Of a stretch of 64,000 nucleotides of DNA, positions 1-12,967 are shown piece after piece (position 1 is the first letter of the stretch; each line of letters starts with the position of its first letter). The stretch comes from Mobula birostris (Eukaryota): NCBI RefSeq assembly GCF_030028105.1, contig NC_092383.1, forward strand, positions 97,611,604 through 97,675,603, given 5' to 3'. A program made the translations under genes and the position numbers. The notes beneath the pieces were generated by a model. That model was not told where the DNA came from and did not search any database. It was given only the letters and a program-made list of their open reading frames with translations.

Positions 1-229
1 GTGGCCGATTGAAAGTTAACAAGGCGAGTGAAGTTCTTTTTAATCGAAAGGTACACCAAACATGCATAAAACTCTAAAACCAGCATGTTAGAGACAGTGA
101 AAAATTTGAAGAGCAAATCTCTGCATTAACTGAATGAGCGAAAGAACACTGTGGGTCAATGGATATGCTTTGTATGAAATTTCAAAATGAAAAACAAAAC
201 GTGAAAGCATAGCCAGCCAGTGACGCCTT

Positions 230-1400
230 GGGAGGATGATGGTGGTGATGTGACTGCTGTCGCTCTGTCTGGGAAGCCCCGTGTCCTGGGTTCTAGGGGT
301 CCTTAATAATGGATGCTGCCTTTCTCAGCTACCGCTCCCTAAAGATGTCCTGGGTACTTTGCAAGCTAATGCCCAAGATGGATCTGACTAGATTTGTAAC
401 CTTCTGCAGCTCCTTTCGATCCTGTGCTGTAGCTGCTCCATACGGCAGTGATGCAGCCTGTCAGAATGCTCTCCACGGTACAACTATTGAAGTTTTTGAG
501 TGTATTTGTTGACATGCTAAATCTCTTCAAACTCCTAACAAAGTATAGTCACTGTCTTGCCTTCTTTACAACTACATCGATATGTTGGGACCAGGTTAGA
601 TCCTCAGAGATCTTGACACCCAGGAACTTGAAGATGCCCACTCTCTCCACATTTGTTTCTCTATGAGGATTGGTATGTGTTCCTTTGTCTTATCCTTCCT
701 GAAGTCCACAATCAGCTCTTTCGTCTTACTGACATTGAGTGCCAGGCTGTTGCTGCGACACCACTCCACTAGTTGGTATATCTCACTCCTGTACGTCCTC
801 TCTTCGCCACCTGAGATTCTACCAACAATGGTTGTATTGTCAGCAAATTTATAGATGGTATTTGAGCTTTGCCTAGTCACACAGTCATGTGTATATAGAG
901 AGTAGAGCAGTGGGTTAAGCACACTCCCCTGAGGTGCGCCCTTATATATCATCAGCGAGGAGGATATATTACCACTAATCCGCACAGTTTGTGGTCTTCT
1001 GGTTAGGAAGTCGAGGATCCAATTGCAGAGGGAGATACAGAGGCCCAAGTTCTGCAACTTCTCAATCAGGATTGTGGGAATGATGGTATTAAATGCTGAG
1101 CTATCATCAATGAACAGCATCCTGATGTAGGTGTCTGTGTTGTCCAGGTGGCCTAAAGTCGTGTGGAGAGCCATTGAGGATGCATCTGCCGTTGACCTAT
1201 TGCAGCGATAGATAGATTGCAGTGGGTCCAGGTCCTTGCTGAGGCAGGAGCTCCATCTAGTCATGACCAACCCCTCTCAAAGCATTTCATCACTGTAGAT
1301 GTGAGTACTACCGGGCGATAGTCATTAAGTCATTATTCTTCTTAGGCACTGGTATAATTGCTGCCATTTTGAAGCAAGTGGGAACTTCCGCCCGTAGCAG
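230..1400 (-). mobile_element. Rex1/Babar-type non-LTR retrotransposon, degraded RT fragment
   Basis: ORF 596..1270(-) contains [46 protein letters not shown] and FAD-TT RT motifs typical of Rex1/Babar; homology continues with disruptions on both sides; ends approximate. Confidence 0.8.
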
Positions 1401-1669
1401 TGAAAGGGTGAAATGATTGCTAAGTGATGTATTGACAGGCTAGTGGCAGATTCATCGACCATTCTTCAACCAGTCAACAATCTGCTGAAGCACAGGAAGT
1501 GCTCAGATGATCCTGTGATTCTTTCTGAGGAACAGCTGGATGCATTTGAAACTTTAAAGGTGACATGTGCATTAAGAATCCCAGATACAGCTGGGCAATT
1601 CACTCTGTATGTCAATCAGAAACACACAATAACAGTCTTAAGTCAAGAACTTGGAGACCGACAGCATCC

Positions 1670-1830
1670 TTGTACTACTTCCTCCCCTCCCCCATGTTCT
1701 TGCTCCAACTTCTCATCTTTTTTACCCCAGTCTTAATGAAGGGTCTCGCACCGAAATGTCGACTGTTTTACTTTTTTTGGTAGATGCTACCTGGCCTGCT
1801 GGATTCCTCCAGCATTTTTTGTGTATTTCC
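1670..1830 (+). mobile_element. Penelope-like element terminal repeat remnant (degenerate hammerhead)
   Basis: Pyrimidine tract followed by cagtc-ttaatga-agggtctcgcacc-gaaa-tgtc-gactg and the shared tail gatgctacctggcctgctggattcctccagcatttt. Confidence 0.7.
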
Positions 1831-2963
1831 TGTTGGTTGTTAGTCTGCCAATGATTGAGAGAGGGTTCAAATGGCTGTTGCTGGAACCGAGGCCGTTGAT
1901 CAGTTAACGTCACTGCAACTGGAAGAGCAAGGGTCCCTTTCTGGGGAGCGGTAAAATTACCTGTACGGACCTGACTAATCTCAGTCCTCCCCATCCCCTG
2001 AAAGGGGTATGTGGTTACTGGGACTAACCCTGGCTACCGGGTGTGTCATAGAAACATAGAAAATCTACAGCACAATACAGGCCCTTCGGCCCACAAAGCT
2101 GTGCCGAACATGTGTCCCCGACTGTGATGGAAGTGGAGAGAAAAGGCAGCTGTTATATTGCCTGCATAGAGTCCCACATGCGGCACATGGCATCAGCACC
2201 TCACCACTGTCTGGGCCGGCGGGACTGGAGGTCCATGATAGAGGCTGAAAGGTTCTGGTTAATTGCCTTTCCGCGATATGGGACTGTGAGGTGGTCATAG
2301 ATGGTCAGCATCCTTGACTGCTGTGTAGCAGTGGTCAAGTATATTCGGGCCTCTAGTGGGGCAGGAGACATGTTGGTATAACTTTGACAGCGCCTTTCTG
2401 AGGTTGGTCTGGTTAAAGATGGACTTTTTTTTTAAATTTGCGCCTAAACCAATGCTGATTATTATTATTATTATTTTGTGGTAGATACCTCATAGTCCTT
2501 ATGTTTCCTGCAAATACTAAAATATTACATTTATTGCTATTAAGCCTACTTGTTTTGCTTAGACTTCCAAGCAGTGATTCTGTTGATTTTTGTTTTAAGT
2601 TCAATAGTCAAATTAATTGAGGTATTGCATGGTCAGAGTATGATTTGTCCAACTCCTGGTAAAGCCTTGCATATCTGTTGTTTGCCTTATTTGACTTTAA
2701 TAACCGTGTATCTTTTGGCATTGTCTGTCTATGTAATGTGAATAGCAGTGGACATTGTGGGTTAGTGTTGTGCTTTTTAGTTGAAAAGCACGCATCTGAG
2801 GCTGATTTCAGGATTGGTGCGTGATTCACGTGGGTCGGATGCTCTGTTGGTTTGTTTTGTTTATGCTCTGTGTAGCCCGGGTTGTCTCCGATGCTGTTAA
2901 CACTGTAACAGTTCACTTCTATATTAGATCTATCAATTGCTGTTGCTTGTGAATCAACAGAGG

Positions 2964-3470
2964 CAGACATCCCACCTCTCCCGGAAGTTCCGGGAGTCTC
3001 CCGCATATTAATAGTGGCTCCCTGATGCCTGCAATGTATATACAATATCACATAAATCAATTTTTTTGAGAGCGAGAGAGAAAGCAAGCGAGAGCGCGAG
3101 AGAGAGAGAGCGCGCCATGACAGAGTGTTCCAAAAAAAAGAAAATATAAAACGTACTTCACCCCAGACTACCCTAAAGCGTACCCCTGCCTAATAGGGGT
3201 CAAAAGTAATGACAGTGTTGCTCGCTGCACTGTTTGCAACAGTGACATTTCTATTGCCCATGGTAGGTTAAGACTGTAAAAGACATGTTAAGGTGAGTAT
3301 AACAGGTGTCATTCGTTCATTAGTATAGCTAACGTTATTTAAACTAGCTGGCTGGCTGCTAAGGAGCTAGTCTATTGCAGACATCCCACCTCTCTCAGAA
3401 GTTCCAGGAATCTCCCGCAAATTGATGGTGCTACCTCCCCGAAATCAGTTTTTGCAGGGTGGGATGTCTG
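2964..3470. mobile_element. Non-autonomous hAT-like DNA transposon derivative
   Basis: 13-bp terminal inverted repeats cagacatcccacc (2964) / ggtgggatgtctg (ends 3470); internal direct copy of the left end near 3378; remnant BED-finger-like peptide ARCTVCNSDISIAHG..DCKRHV with a frameshift near 3220-3290. No clean 8-bp TSD seen. Confidence 0.55.
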
Positions 3471-3629
3471 CAGGGGCATTTATAGTAGGCACATAATGCT
3501 TGAACGCCACGCGTCTGGCCTTGCATAATACATCTCTCAGCACCATCACTGAATAATTCAGCCCCACTGTAGAAACAACAAGAAAAAATCTCTCGCGCCG
3601 CCATGGCTTCCCAGCTCTTTACTGCATCC

Positions 3630-3810
3630 TTCCTCCCTCAGGTTTCACCTATCAGCTCATCTTTCTCCCTTTCACCCCTCCCCCGCCTTTTAAATCTATT
3701 TCGCAGCTTTTTACTCTAGTCCTGCCAAAGGTCTCGGCCCGAAATGTTGACTGTACTCTTTTCCATAGATGCAGCCTGGCCTGCTGAGTTCCTCCAGTAT
3801 TTTGTGTATC
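3630..3810 (+). mobile_element. Penelope-like element terminal repeat remnant
   Basis: Pyrimidine tract, then agtcctgccaaaggtctcggcccgaaatgttgactg and the family tail to cattttgtgt-like sequence. Confidence 0.7.
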
Positions 3811-3959
3811 ACTGCTGACAGTAGCCAGAGTTCGAATGTCTGAATCCCAGAAGCTGTCACGGTTGGAAACGTCTCGTAACTAAACCCTCTCCCTTGGCTG
3901 CTCGGAGAGGCGGTGATTGGAGTCACGGATGAAAGTCGGATACAAGATGTCCCTTTCAG

Positions 3960-4205
3960 GCAACCAGCACCTCTCCTCGGCTCCGAATCCTTCCCATTGC
4001 CGAATGCCTCAAAGTTACAGGAACAATTTCTTACCCTCCGTCATCAGATTTCTGAATGGTCAAGAATCCAGGAACTCACTATTCCTCCTCCTGTTTTTCG
4101 CGAGTGATTTAATAATTATTGTAATTTATAGTTTTATAACGTATTGCATTGTACTGCTGCCGCAAAACTACAAATTACGCAATGATATTAAACCTGATTC
4201 TGATT
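3960..4205 (+). mobile_element. Rex-Babar LINE 3' end
   Basis: NNFLPSVIRFLNG C-terminal motif (ORF 3917 frame) followed by AT-rich UTR and aaacctgattctgat tail. Confidence 0.6.
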
Positions 4206-4454
4206 GTATGTGTGTAGATCCGGTCCCTGACCGCGGATTTCCTGCAAACCCGACCGCCACACGGAGCTGGTCCTCAGACTGCTGGACGACGATTGTGGTG
4301 GAGCGAGGGTTGAGATAGGAGTGAGGGCGACAAAGCGGGTGGAAATAGTTTGAGCAAACAGGCGGGTAGAGAGATTTAAAAAGTCTGTGGGTAAAGATAC
4401 AACGGGTCGATGTGTCAAACAGACAGAGTGTCGTCTCACTGAATTCCTGACTTT

Positions 4455-4550
4455 TCTCTTCCGGGAGTGGCGGGCCGGGTGTAACCGGAAATCTCTTCCT
4501 GTTTTTCCCCGAGATTCTCCGAAACTCCAGATCGACAGAACGCCCTCACG
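4455..4550 (+). promoter_or_regulatory. Proximal promoter of the CD2/SLAM-like gene (ETS cores, GC box, local CpG enrichment)
   Basis: TTCCGG (4459-4464), GGCGGGCCGG, ACCGGAAAT (4484-4492) and TTCCTGT (4496-4502) lie within about 50 bp, just upstream of the leader ATG at 4551; no TATA box seen. Function is inferred. Confidence 0.55.
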
Positions 4551-4602
4551 ATGTGGATGGTCTCGCCCCTGCTCTGTGTTGTCGCCTGGGTCGCCCGTGT
4601 GG
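4551..4602 (+). CDS. Exon 1: signal peptide MWMVSPLLCVVAWVARV(A)
   Basis: ATG at 4551, hydrophobic 17-mer, phase-1 donor G|gtaagg at 4603; joins exon 2 in frame to give ...VARVAGTG|DSSTTV, a plausible cleavage region. Confidence 0.75.
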
Positions 4603-4959
4603 GTAAGGTCATATGTGGTGATCGATAGTGATTAGAGAACAGGAAGATCTTCCAGCTTCTCCCTTCTCCCGTGTGTTCAGAGTTCTGTCTCTTGCTCTCC
4701 TCTCTCCCTCTGTGTTCCAGAGTTCTGTCCCTCCCTCATCACTCCCCCCTCTCCTCTTCCCCTCTCCTCTCCACATCCCCTCTTCCCCTTCCCCCGTCCC
4801 CTCTGGTCAGAGCTCTGTTTATCCCGCTCCCTGTTCCCAGTGTTCAGAGCTCTGTCTACCTCTCTTCATAACTCAGAGCCTACCTTTGCCTTTCGCTCTC
4901 TCTCCCTTCGTCCATGTAGACAGAAATGATTTCGATCAAACTCTAGAGTTGGAGAGAGG

Positions 4960-5500
4960 TTTTCCTCATGGTGCAAACGCTGTGAGAATAATTGTGCTGT
5001 GGATGTCACAGCGCTTCCTTCCTGATTGTTTTCTGTTGGACAAGAGGCCAAGCATACAGTTGCAAAGGGAGGTGTTGTGTCTCATTTCTAGGAGTTTGGA
5101 GATGATTTTCCTTGGAATTGTGAAATGGAAGATGGATCTATTGTTGTTAAACAATTGCCTAAGGTAGGTGTCTTTACTACACGTGGACAGGGTGAAGACT
5201 CCCTCTGGATGGTACAAACATTGTTTCTGTGAACTGCAGTGAGGCGGAGAACTCCATGCCACAGTGAGAAGGAGATGATCTGTCCAGCTGGCTGGAGGTG
5301 GTTTGTCACCTAATGTTGATGTTCACTCCTAAGAACATGAAGGTCTCAACCTTCACAACTTCTACATCATTGATGCAGTATGTACACTGCTTCATCTTGA
5401 AATCAATGAACAACTCTTTTGTTTTGATGGCATTGAGGGATAGGTTGTTGTTATGACCCCATTTCACTTGGTGCTCTGTCTACTTCCTGTACTTAGATAA
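4960..5500 (-). mobile_element. Rex-Babar RT fragment (old)
   Basis: Degraded HNTSLCNCMLGLLSNRKQ..IHSTIILT and ELLLILR-type RT sequence homologous to 596..1270. Confidence 0.55.
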
Positions 5501-5569
5501 GTGCAAAGTGTTGTAGTTTGGGAAGTTAAACCAGACAATAATATACACAGCAAAAGGCAAGCCTTGGAC

Positions 5570-7150
5570 ATAGAAACATAGAAACATAGAAAATAGGTGC
5601 AGGAGTAGGCCATTCAGCCCTTCGAGCCTGTACCGCCATTCAGTATGATCATGTCTGATCATCCAACTCAGAACCCTGTACCAGCCTTCCCTCCATACCC
5701 CCTGATCCCTTTAGCCACAAGGACCATATCTAACTCCCTCTTAAATATAGCCAATGAACTGGCCTCAACTATTTCCTGTGGCAGAAAATTCCACAGATTC
5801 ACCACTCTCTGTGTGAAGAAGTTTTTCCTAATCTCGGTCCTAAAAGGCTTCCCCTTTATCCTCAAACTGTCACCCCTCATTCTGGACTTCCCCAACATCG
5901 AGAACAATCTTCCTGCATCTAGCCTGTCCAATCCCTTTAGGATCTTATACGTTTCAATCAGATCCCCCCTCAATCTTCTAAATTCCAACGAGTACAAGCC
6001 TAGTCGATCCAGTCTTTCATCATATGAAAGTCCTGCCATCCCAGGAATCAATCTGGTGAACCTCCTCTGTACTCCCTCTATGGCAAGAATGTCCTTCCTC
6101 AGATTAGGGGACCAAAACTGCACACAATACTCCAGGTGTGGTCTCACCAGGGCCTTGTACAACTGCAGTAGTACCTCCCTGCTCCTGTACTCGAATCCTC
6201 TCGCTATGAATGCCAGCATACCATTCGCCTTTTTCACCGCCTGCTGTACCTGCATTCCCACTTTCAATGTCTGGTGTATAATGACACCCAGGTCTCATTG
6301 CACCTCCCCTTTTCCTAATCGGCCACCATTCAGATAATAATCTGTTTTCCTGTTTTTGCCACCAAAGTGGATAACATCACATTTATCTACATTAAATTGC
6401 ATCTGCCATGAATTTGCCCACTCACCCAACCTATCCAAGTCACCCTGCATCCTCTTAGCATCTTCCTCACAGCTAACACTGCCACCCAGCTTCGTGTCAT
6501 CCGCAAACTTGGAGATGCTGCATTTAATTCCCTCATCGAAGTCATTAATATATATTGTAAACATCTGGGGTCCCAGCACTGAGCCTTGCGGTACCCCACT
6601 AGTCACTGCCTGCCATTCTGAAAAAGTCCCGTTTATTCCCACTCTTTGCTTCCTGTCTGCCAACCAATTCTCTATCCACATCAATACCTTATCCACAATA
6701 CCGTGTGCTTTAAGTTTGCACACTAATCTCCTGTGTGGGACCCTGTCAAAAGCCTTTTGAAATTCCAAATACACCACATCCACTGGTTCTCCCCTATCCA
6801 CTCTACTAGTTACATCCTCAAAAAATTCTATGAGATTCGTCAGACATGATTTTCCTTTCACAAATCCATGCTGACTTTGTCCGATGATTTCAACGCTTTC
6901 CAAATGTGCTGTTATCACATCTTTGATAACTGACTCTAAAATTTTCCCCACCACCGATGTTAGGCTAACCAGTCTATAATTCCCCGGTTTCTCTCTCCCT
7001 CCTTTTTTAAAAAGCGGTGTTACATTAGCCACCCTCCAATCCTCAGGAACTAGTTCAGAATGTAAAGAGTTTTGAAAAATTATCACTAATGCATCCACTA
7101 TTTCTTGGGCTAATTCCTTCAGCACTCTGGAGCGCAGACCATCTGCCCCT
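5570..7150 (-). mobile_element. CR1 (HER1-like) LINE, 5'-truncated, young
   Basis: ORFs 6295..7125 and 5668..6267 give RT (QHGF, GVPQGSVLGP, FADD) plus C-terminal domain, split by one stop; (ctatgttt)n tail at about 5570-5590. Confidence 0.95.
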
Positions 7151-7154
7151 GGGG

Positions 7155-7915
7155 ACAGAGAGAGCTAGGGGTACAATGATATAGCTCCCTGAAAGTGGCA
7201 GCTGTACGGGATAATGAAGAAAGCATTTGGCACACTTACCTTCATCAGTTGGACCATTGCGGCAGCAGTTGGGTATCATGTTAAAACTGATGTAGATGTG
7301 AACCACCTAGGTGTTGTTAAGGCTTTATAAAGTACTGGAGAGGCCTCACATGGAGTATTGTGAGAAGTTTTGGGCTCCTTTCCTAAGAAAGCATGTGCTA
7401 ACGTTGGAGAAGGTTCAAAGGAGGCTCACAAAAATGATTTCGGGATTGAAAGGTTTTTCATCTGAGAAGCATGTGAAGGCTCTGGGCCTGTACTCACTGG
7501 AGTTCAGAAGAATGAAGAGGAACTCATTGCAACCTATCTAATGTTGAAAGGTCTCGATAACATGGATGCGGAGAGGATGTTTCCGATGGTGAGGGAGTCT
7601 AAGACCAAAGGATACAGCCTGGCAATTAAGACCAATCCATTTAGAACGGAGATGATGAGCAATTTGTTTAGCCAGAGAGTGGTGAGTTTGTGGAATTTAA
7701 TTGCCACAAGTAGCTGTGGAGGCCAAGTCATTGGATAAATTTAAAGTGGAGGTTGATAAGGTCTTGATTAGCCAGTGTATGAAAGGATACAGGGAGAAGG
7801 CAGGAGATTGGGGTGGAGGGAAATCAATTAGCCATGATGAAATGGCGAAGCAGACTCAACGGGACAAATAACGTAACTCTGCTCCTGTATCTGTGGTCTT
7901 ATGGTCTTATAGTGT
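7155..7915 (+). mobile_element. CR1 LINE 3' fragment (older)
   Basis: LRLYKVLERPHMEYC..LEKVQRR and FSQRVVSLWN motifs with frameshifts; ends in cttatggtcttat tail. Confidence 0.85.
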
Positions 7916-8119
7916 GTAGTCCTGATCACCTAGGTATACGGAAGGATGTCATTAAATTGAAAAAGGTGCAGAATGCATTTATGCAGCTGTTATTAGGACG
8001 GAAGGGTTGGAAACATAGAAACATAGAAAATCCTAGAGCACAAAAGGGATTTTGTTGTTTCTTCGTATCTGGGTTCAGTGGTTTGTCAGTGCACACCATG
8101 ACACTGGATATTCTCTCTT

Positions 8120-8370
8120 CACAGAAACAAGTTCATTATCACCAGCATGTGATGTGAAATTTGTTAACTTAGCAGTGGCAGTTCAATGCAATACATAATC
8201 TAGCAGAGAAAAAATATAAAATAAAATACAAATAATAATAATTTTAAAAAGTGCCAAAACAGAAATACTGTATATTCAAAAAGTGAGGTAGTGTCCAAAG
8301 GTTCAATGTCGATTTAGGAATCGAATGGAAGAGGGGAAGAAGCTGTTCCTGAATCGCTGAGTGTGTGATT
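8120..8370 (-). mobile_element. Rex-Babar LINE 3' end
   Basis: Reverse complement of the same 3' UTR family seen at 3960-4205 and 41935-42185. Confidence 0.55.
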
Positions 8371-8443
8371 CCCCTCTCCTGTATGACAGCAGACAAAACA
8401 GACACACCCAAGCAGGTTTCAAAGACAGTTATCACAAGAGTTA

Positions 8444-8581
8444 CAATCAAGATGAAATCTGCCGAAGCTGGAAATCCAAGCAACACACAGAAAATGTTGG
8501 AAGAACTCAGCAGGCCAGGCAGGATCTACACAAAATACTGGAGGAACTCTGCACTGAGTTCCTCCAGCATTTTGTGTGTGT
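8444..8581. mobile_element. Fold-back mini-Penelope element with 15-bp TSD
   Basis: Family tail on - strand plus hairpin cacaaaatactggaggaactc..gagttcctccagcattttgtg; flanked by ttatcacaagagtta (8429-8443) / ttattacaagagtta (8582-8596). Confidence 0.7.
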
Positions 8582-9059
8582 TTATTACAAGAGTTATTAG
8601 ACTCTTACACGGATACCTAAAAGATGAGCTCAAGGTCACCTTATTGTTGGATCATGATTCATTTGCAATTCGAAGGTTCTTTGGAAATCAAGAATAAGGC
8701 ATAAAACATTGGTTTTGATCGAATTGTTAAGTGTTACAAAAGCAAAGTAATAATTAAAAGAATAAAGAAAAGACCAATCAAAAAAAGTTGTGGTCTTATA
8801 CTCAGACTAGAGTATAACAATTCATAACAATTAACCTATAAAATAGCAAGAGTTATGTAGCGTGACAACTGCTACTGAAAACCAATACGTATGAAGCAAC
8901 TGTGCCATATTTACTGGAAAATTCACAGAACTATTTTATGGATGCATGTGATTATCTATAAATAAAAGCAAGTATGCGATTAAGTTAAACCACAAAAATG
9001 TTTACAATTCTACACCCTAATACAACATTCCCTATTGGATTCTAAATCACACGTTTACA

Positions 9060-10720
9060 TAGACATAGAAACAGAAAACCTATAGCACAACACAGGCACT
9101 TCAGCCCACAAAGCTGTGCCGAACATCTGTCCTTACCTTAGAGTTGCTCATAGCCTTCTATTTTTTGAAGCTCCATGTACCTATCGAGGAGTCTCTTAAA
9201 AGACCCTAATATATCCGTCTCCACCACCATCGCTGGCTGCTCATTACACACAATCACCACTCTCTGCGTAAAAAACTTACCCCTGACATCTCCTCTGTAC
9301 CAGCTTCCAAGCACCTTAAAACTGCGCCCTCTTGTGTTAAACATTTCAGCCCTGGGAAGAAGCCTCTGACTATCCACACGATTAATGCCTCTCATCATCT
9401 TGTACACCTCTATCAGGTCACCCCTCATCCTCCTTTACTCCAAGGAGAAAAGGCCAAGTCCACTCAACCTATTCTCATAAGGCATGCCCCCCCAGTCCAC
9501 CAACATCCTTGTAAATCTCCTCTGCACCATTTCTATAGTTTCTACATCCTTCTTGTAGTGAGGTGACCAGAACTGAGCACAGTACTCCAAGTGGAGTCTG
9601 ACCAGGGTCCTAGATAGTTGCAACATTACCTCTCAGCTCTTAAACTCAATCCCACAATTGATGAAGGCCAATGCATCGTATGCCTTCTTAACCACAGACT
9701 CAACCTGTGTAGCTCCTTTCAGTGCCCAATAGACTCGGGCCCCAAGATCACTCTTATCCTCCACACTGCCAAGAGTCTTACCATTAATACTATATTCTGT
9801 CATCATATTTGACCTACCAAAATGAACACCTCACACTTATCTGGGTTGAACTCCATCTACAGCTTTTCAGCCCAGTTTTGCATCCCATTGATGTCCTGCT
9901 GTAATATGACCTGTCTACAACCACTCTTTGCCTTCTGTGGGCAAGCCAATTCTGGATCCACAAAGCAAGGTCCCCTTGGAACTCATGCCTCCTTACTTTC
10001 TCAATAAGTATTGCATGGGGTACCTTATCAAATGCCTTTCTGAAATCCATATACACTAGATCTAATGCTCGACCTTCATCAATGTGTTTAGTTACATCCC
10101 CAAAAAATTCAATCAGGCTCGTAAGGTACGACCTGCCTTTGACAAAGCCATGCTGACTATTCCTAATCCTATTATACCTCTCCAAATGTTCATAAACCCT
10201 GCCTCTCAGGATCTTTTCCATCAACTTATCAACCACTGAGTAAGACTCACTGGTCTATAATTTCCTGGCCTATCTCTTCTCCCTTTCGTGAATAATGGAA
10301 CAACATCCGTAACCCTCCAATTCTCCAGAACCTTTCCCATCCTCATTAGTGATGCAAAGATTATTGCCAGAAGCTCAGCAATCTCATCCCTCGTCCTCCC
10401 CGAGTAGCCTGGGGTATATCTCGTCTGGTCCCGGTGACTTACCCAACTTGATGCTTTCCAAAAGCTCCAACACATCCTCTTTCTTAATATCTACAAGCTC
10501 AAGCTTTTCAGTCCGCTGCAAGTCATCTCTACAATCACCAACTTCCTTTTCCGTACTGAATACTGAAGCAAAGTATTCATTAAGTACCTCTGCTATCTCC
10601 TCGCACTTCCAGACACACTTTTCCACTGTCACACTTGATTTACCCTATTCTCTCATGTCTTGTACTCTTGCTCTTCACAAACTTGTAGAATGCCTTGGGG
10701 GTTTCCTTCATCTTGTCTGC
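9060..10720 (-). mobile_element. CR1 LINE, 5'-truncated, internally deleted/degraded
   Basis: ORFs 10384..10632, 10221..10475, 9814..10236, 9435..9626 and 9138..9428 are consecutive CR1 ORF2 pieces; 3' tail near 9060. Confidence 0.9.
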
Positions 10721-10959
10721 CATGGCCCCTTCTGGCTCTGGCTCTTGAGTTATACGGAAAGACTGGATAGACTTGACATTTTTCTTCTGGGGCTTGGAAG
10801 CCTGAAGGTGACCTTGTGACTTTTATAAAATCATGATGGGTGGAGGGAAGCTGTGAAAGGTACTTGATAAGAAGGCAGACGAGAGAAACAGCAGCTAATA
10901 TTATGCCTGTGTAGATCACAGACTGTCAGCATTAACAGTGAATTCTTCAGTTTCAGGTA

Positions 10960-11385
10960 AGCAGCTCCTCCTTTGTGTACTGTCTTCACATCTTGATCTA
11001 CCTTGATCCCATCGCTATATCTCTTTCCCCTCCTCTAACTCCACCATCTGCCTATCACCTACACATTACCCTTCCCCCTAATGCCCCCTCTGCCCTCCAC
11101 AGTTCCCTCTCTTTAATCCGCGTGCTGCTTCCTTTCCAATCAGATCCCATCACCTTCAGCCCTTTGTCACTTCCACCAATCACCTGCCAGATGCTGGTGT
11201 CACTCCTTTCCCCATCGGCCTATCACCTCCCCCACAACACCTGGATCCGCCCATCACCTGCCCATTCGCGCCACTCCCTTCACCCCCCGCCCACCCCTGC
11301 CGCATCTCTCTACGCTGGCCATTTTCACTTTCCTTCAATCCAGATGGAGAGTTTCAACCTGAAACATCAACAGTTTCAGTCGTTA
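10960..11385 (+). mobile_element. Penelope-like element 3' region (pyrimidine tract and degenerate hammerhead end)
   Basis: Resembles 45240-45520 (cctatcacct repeats; ttcaatccagatggagagtttcaacctgaaacatcaacag). Confidence 0.55.
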
Positions 11386-11745
11386 CATTTCATTTCAGAG
11401 AAATGTATACAATATACATCTTGAAATTCTTTTTCTACGCAACTATCCAGGCAAACAGAGGAGTGCCCCAAAGGATGAATGACAGTTAAACGTTAGTACC
11501 CCACAGCACCCCCATCTCCCCCTCCCACACACAAGCAGCAGCAAGGCAACAACCCCTCCCTCCCCCACTAGCAAAATAACTGCATCAGCATCCTCCACCG
11601 AGCACTCAGCATCAATAAAGACACAGACTTGCAGTACCTCAAAGACCACTCGTTCACCCGATAAGTCAACATTCCATAGGCTCTCTCTCTCCCTAATAAG
11701 GGAAAAAGATGTGTCTCCGTTTCACCACGAGAGAGGAGACATCAT
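11385..11745 (-). mobile_element. Unclassified abundant non-LTR 3'-end family
   Basis: Reverse-complement homologue of 17690-18127; also matches 55740-56470. Confidence 0.55.
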
Positions 11746-11879
11746 CTGTTCATTTCTCCCCACAGATGCTGTCTGACATGCGGAGTTCCTCCAGCATTTT
11801 GTGTTGCTCCAAAGTCCAGTGTCTGCAGTCTCCTCAGTCTGCTTGATAGGAAATGTTCAAAAGGATATGGGCCAGATGG

Positions 11880-12240
11880 AGAGAAACAGGGTCATAGTGT
11901 CACAGAGCACAGAAACAGGCCTGAGGCCATGCTGAAACCATTTAAACTGCCTATTCCCATCGACCTGCACTGGGACCAAACAACTCAATTCCCCTACCAT
12001 CCATGTACCGATCCAAACTTTTCTTAAACGTTGAAATTGAGTTTGCATGAACCACCTGTGCTGTCAGCTTATTCCACACTCTCACAGTCCTCTGAGTGAA
12101 GGAGGTTTCCCTCAAGCTCCCCTTAATCTTTTCACCTTTCACCCTTAACTCATGACCTCCAGTTGCAGTCCCATCCAACCTCAGTGGAAAAAGCCTGCTT
12201 GCATTTACCCTATCTATACCTCTTACAATTTTGTATACCT
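11880..12240 (-). mobile_element. CR1 LINE 3' fragment
   Basis: EVYKIVRGIDRVNASRLFPLR..FTQR-VRVWN in ORF 11951..12343. Confidence 0.85.
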
Positions 12241-12241
12241 C

Positions 12242-12922
12242 TGAAACCCCCTTATACTGGGTGTCTCTGGAAACCTGGCTTGTTAGCCCCTCGCTAACAG
12301 CCACTAAATTCTGATAAACCCACCTTTCTCTGGCTTCGTACATCTAGGGTGCACACAACTTGTGTCCTGCCAAATCTGTGAGCTTAGGATGTCTCGCCCA
12401 CCCGAAACCTGGCTTGTGTGAATGCTGTGTGATTTACTGCCCCCGGCAAGGGATAACAGATCGTACAGTGCATACTATTAAAAATAAGTATATTTAAGAA
12501 TGTTAATTTAAACAAACAGTTATTAAATGAAAGAAAGAAAAAAAAAAGGCCATTACTCTTAAATATTCAAATGTGCACTTAAGTTGGGGATCATCTTGAA
12601 CTCCTCTGTCACTGACATGCTGGTCCCTCGGTCTGCGTAAAAGCACAAAGCACCTTCTGAACGTCACTCAAAATCCATCTGAAACAAACGGCTCTCCCAA
12701 GGGAGTATTGGGTCTTCCTCTTGATGCCGTTTATCTGTACAAAGCACCTTCTGCAATAGGAATGGCATCCTCAGCCATCTTTTCCCCCTGTCTTCTTCCA
12801 GCTCCCACCAACAAAGACCTTCTCCCAATCCAACCATTCTGATTGGCTGACAGCACATTCCTAAGTTGAATAGAAAACCTTTTAACTTAGTTCAAACTCA
12901 AACAGAACAGACTGCACTTACA
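12242..12922 (-). mobile_element. LTR-like sequence (probable solo LTR)
   Basis: On - strand begins TGTAAG and ends ..GGTTTCA; carries the cacacagcattc motif shared with 43117-43470 and 45904-46643. No TSD found. Confidence 0.45.
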
Positions 12923-12967
12923 GAACTGCTAAAATGAAATACCTATGGCATAGCATTATACATTCAT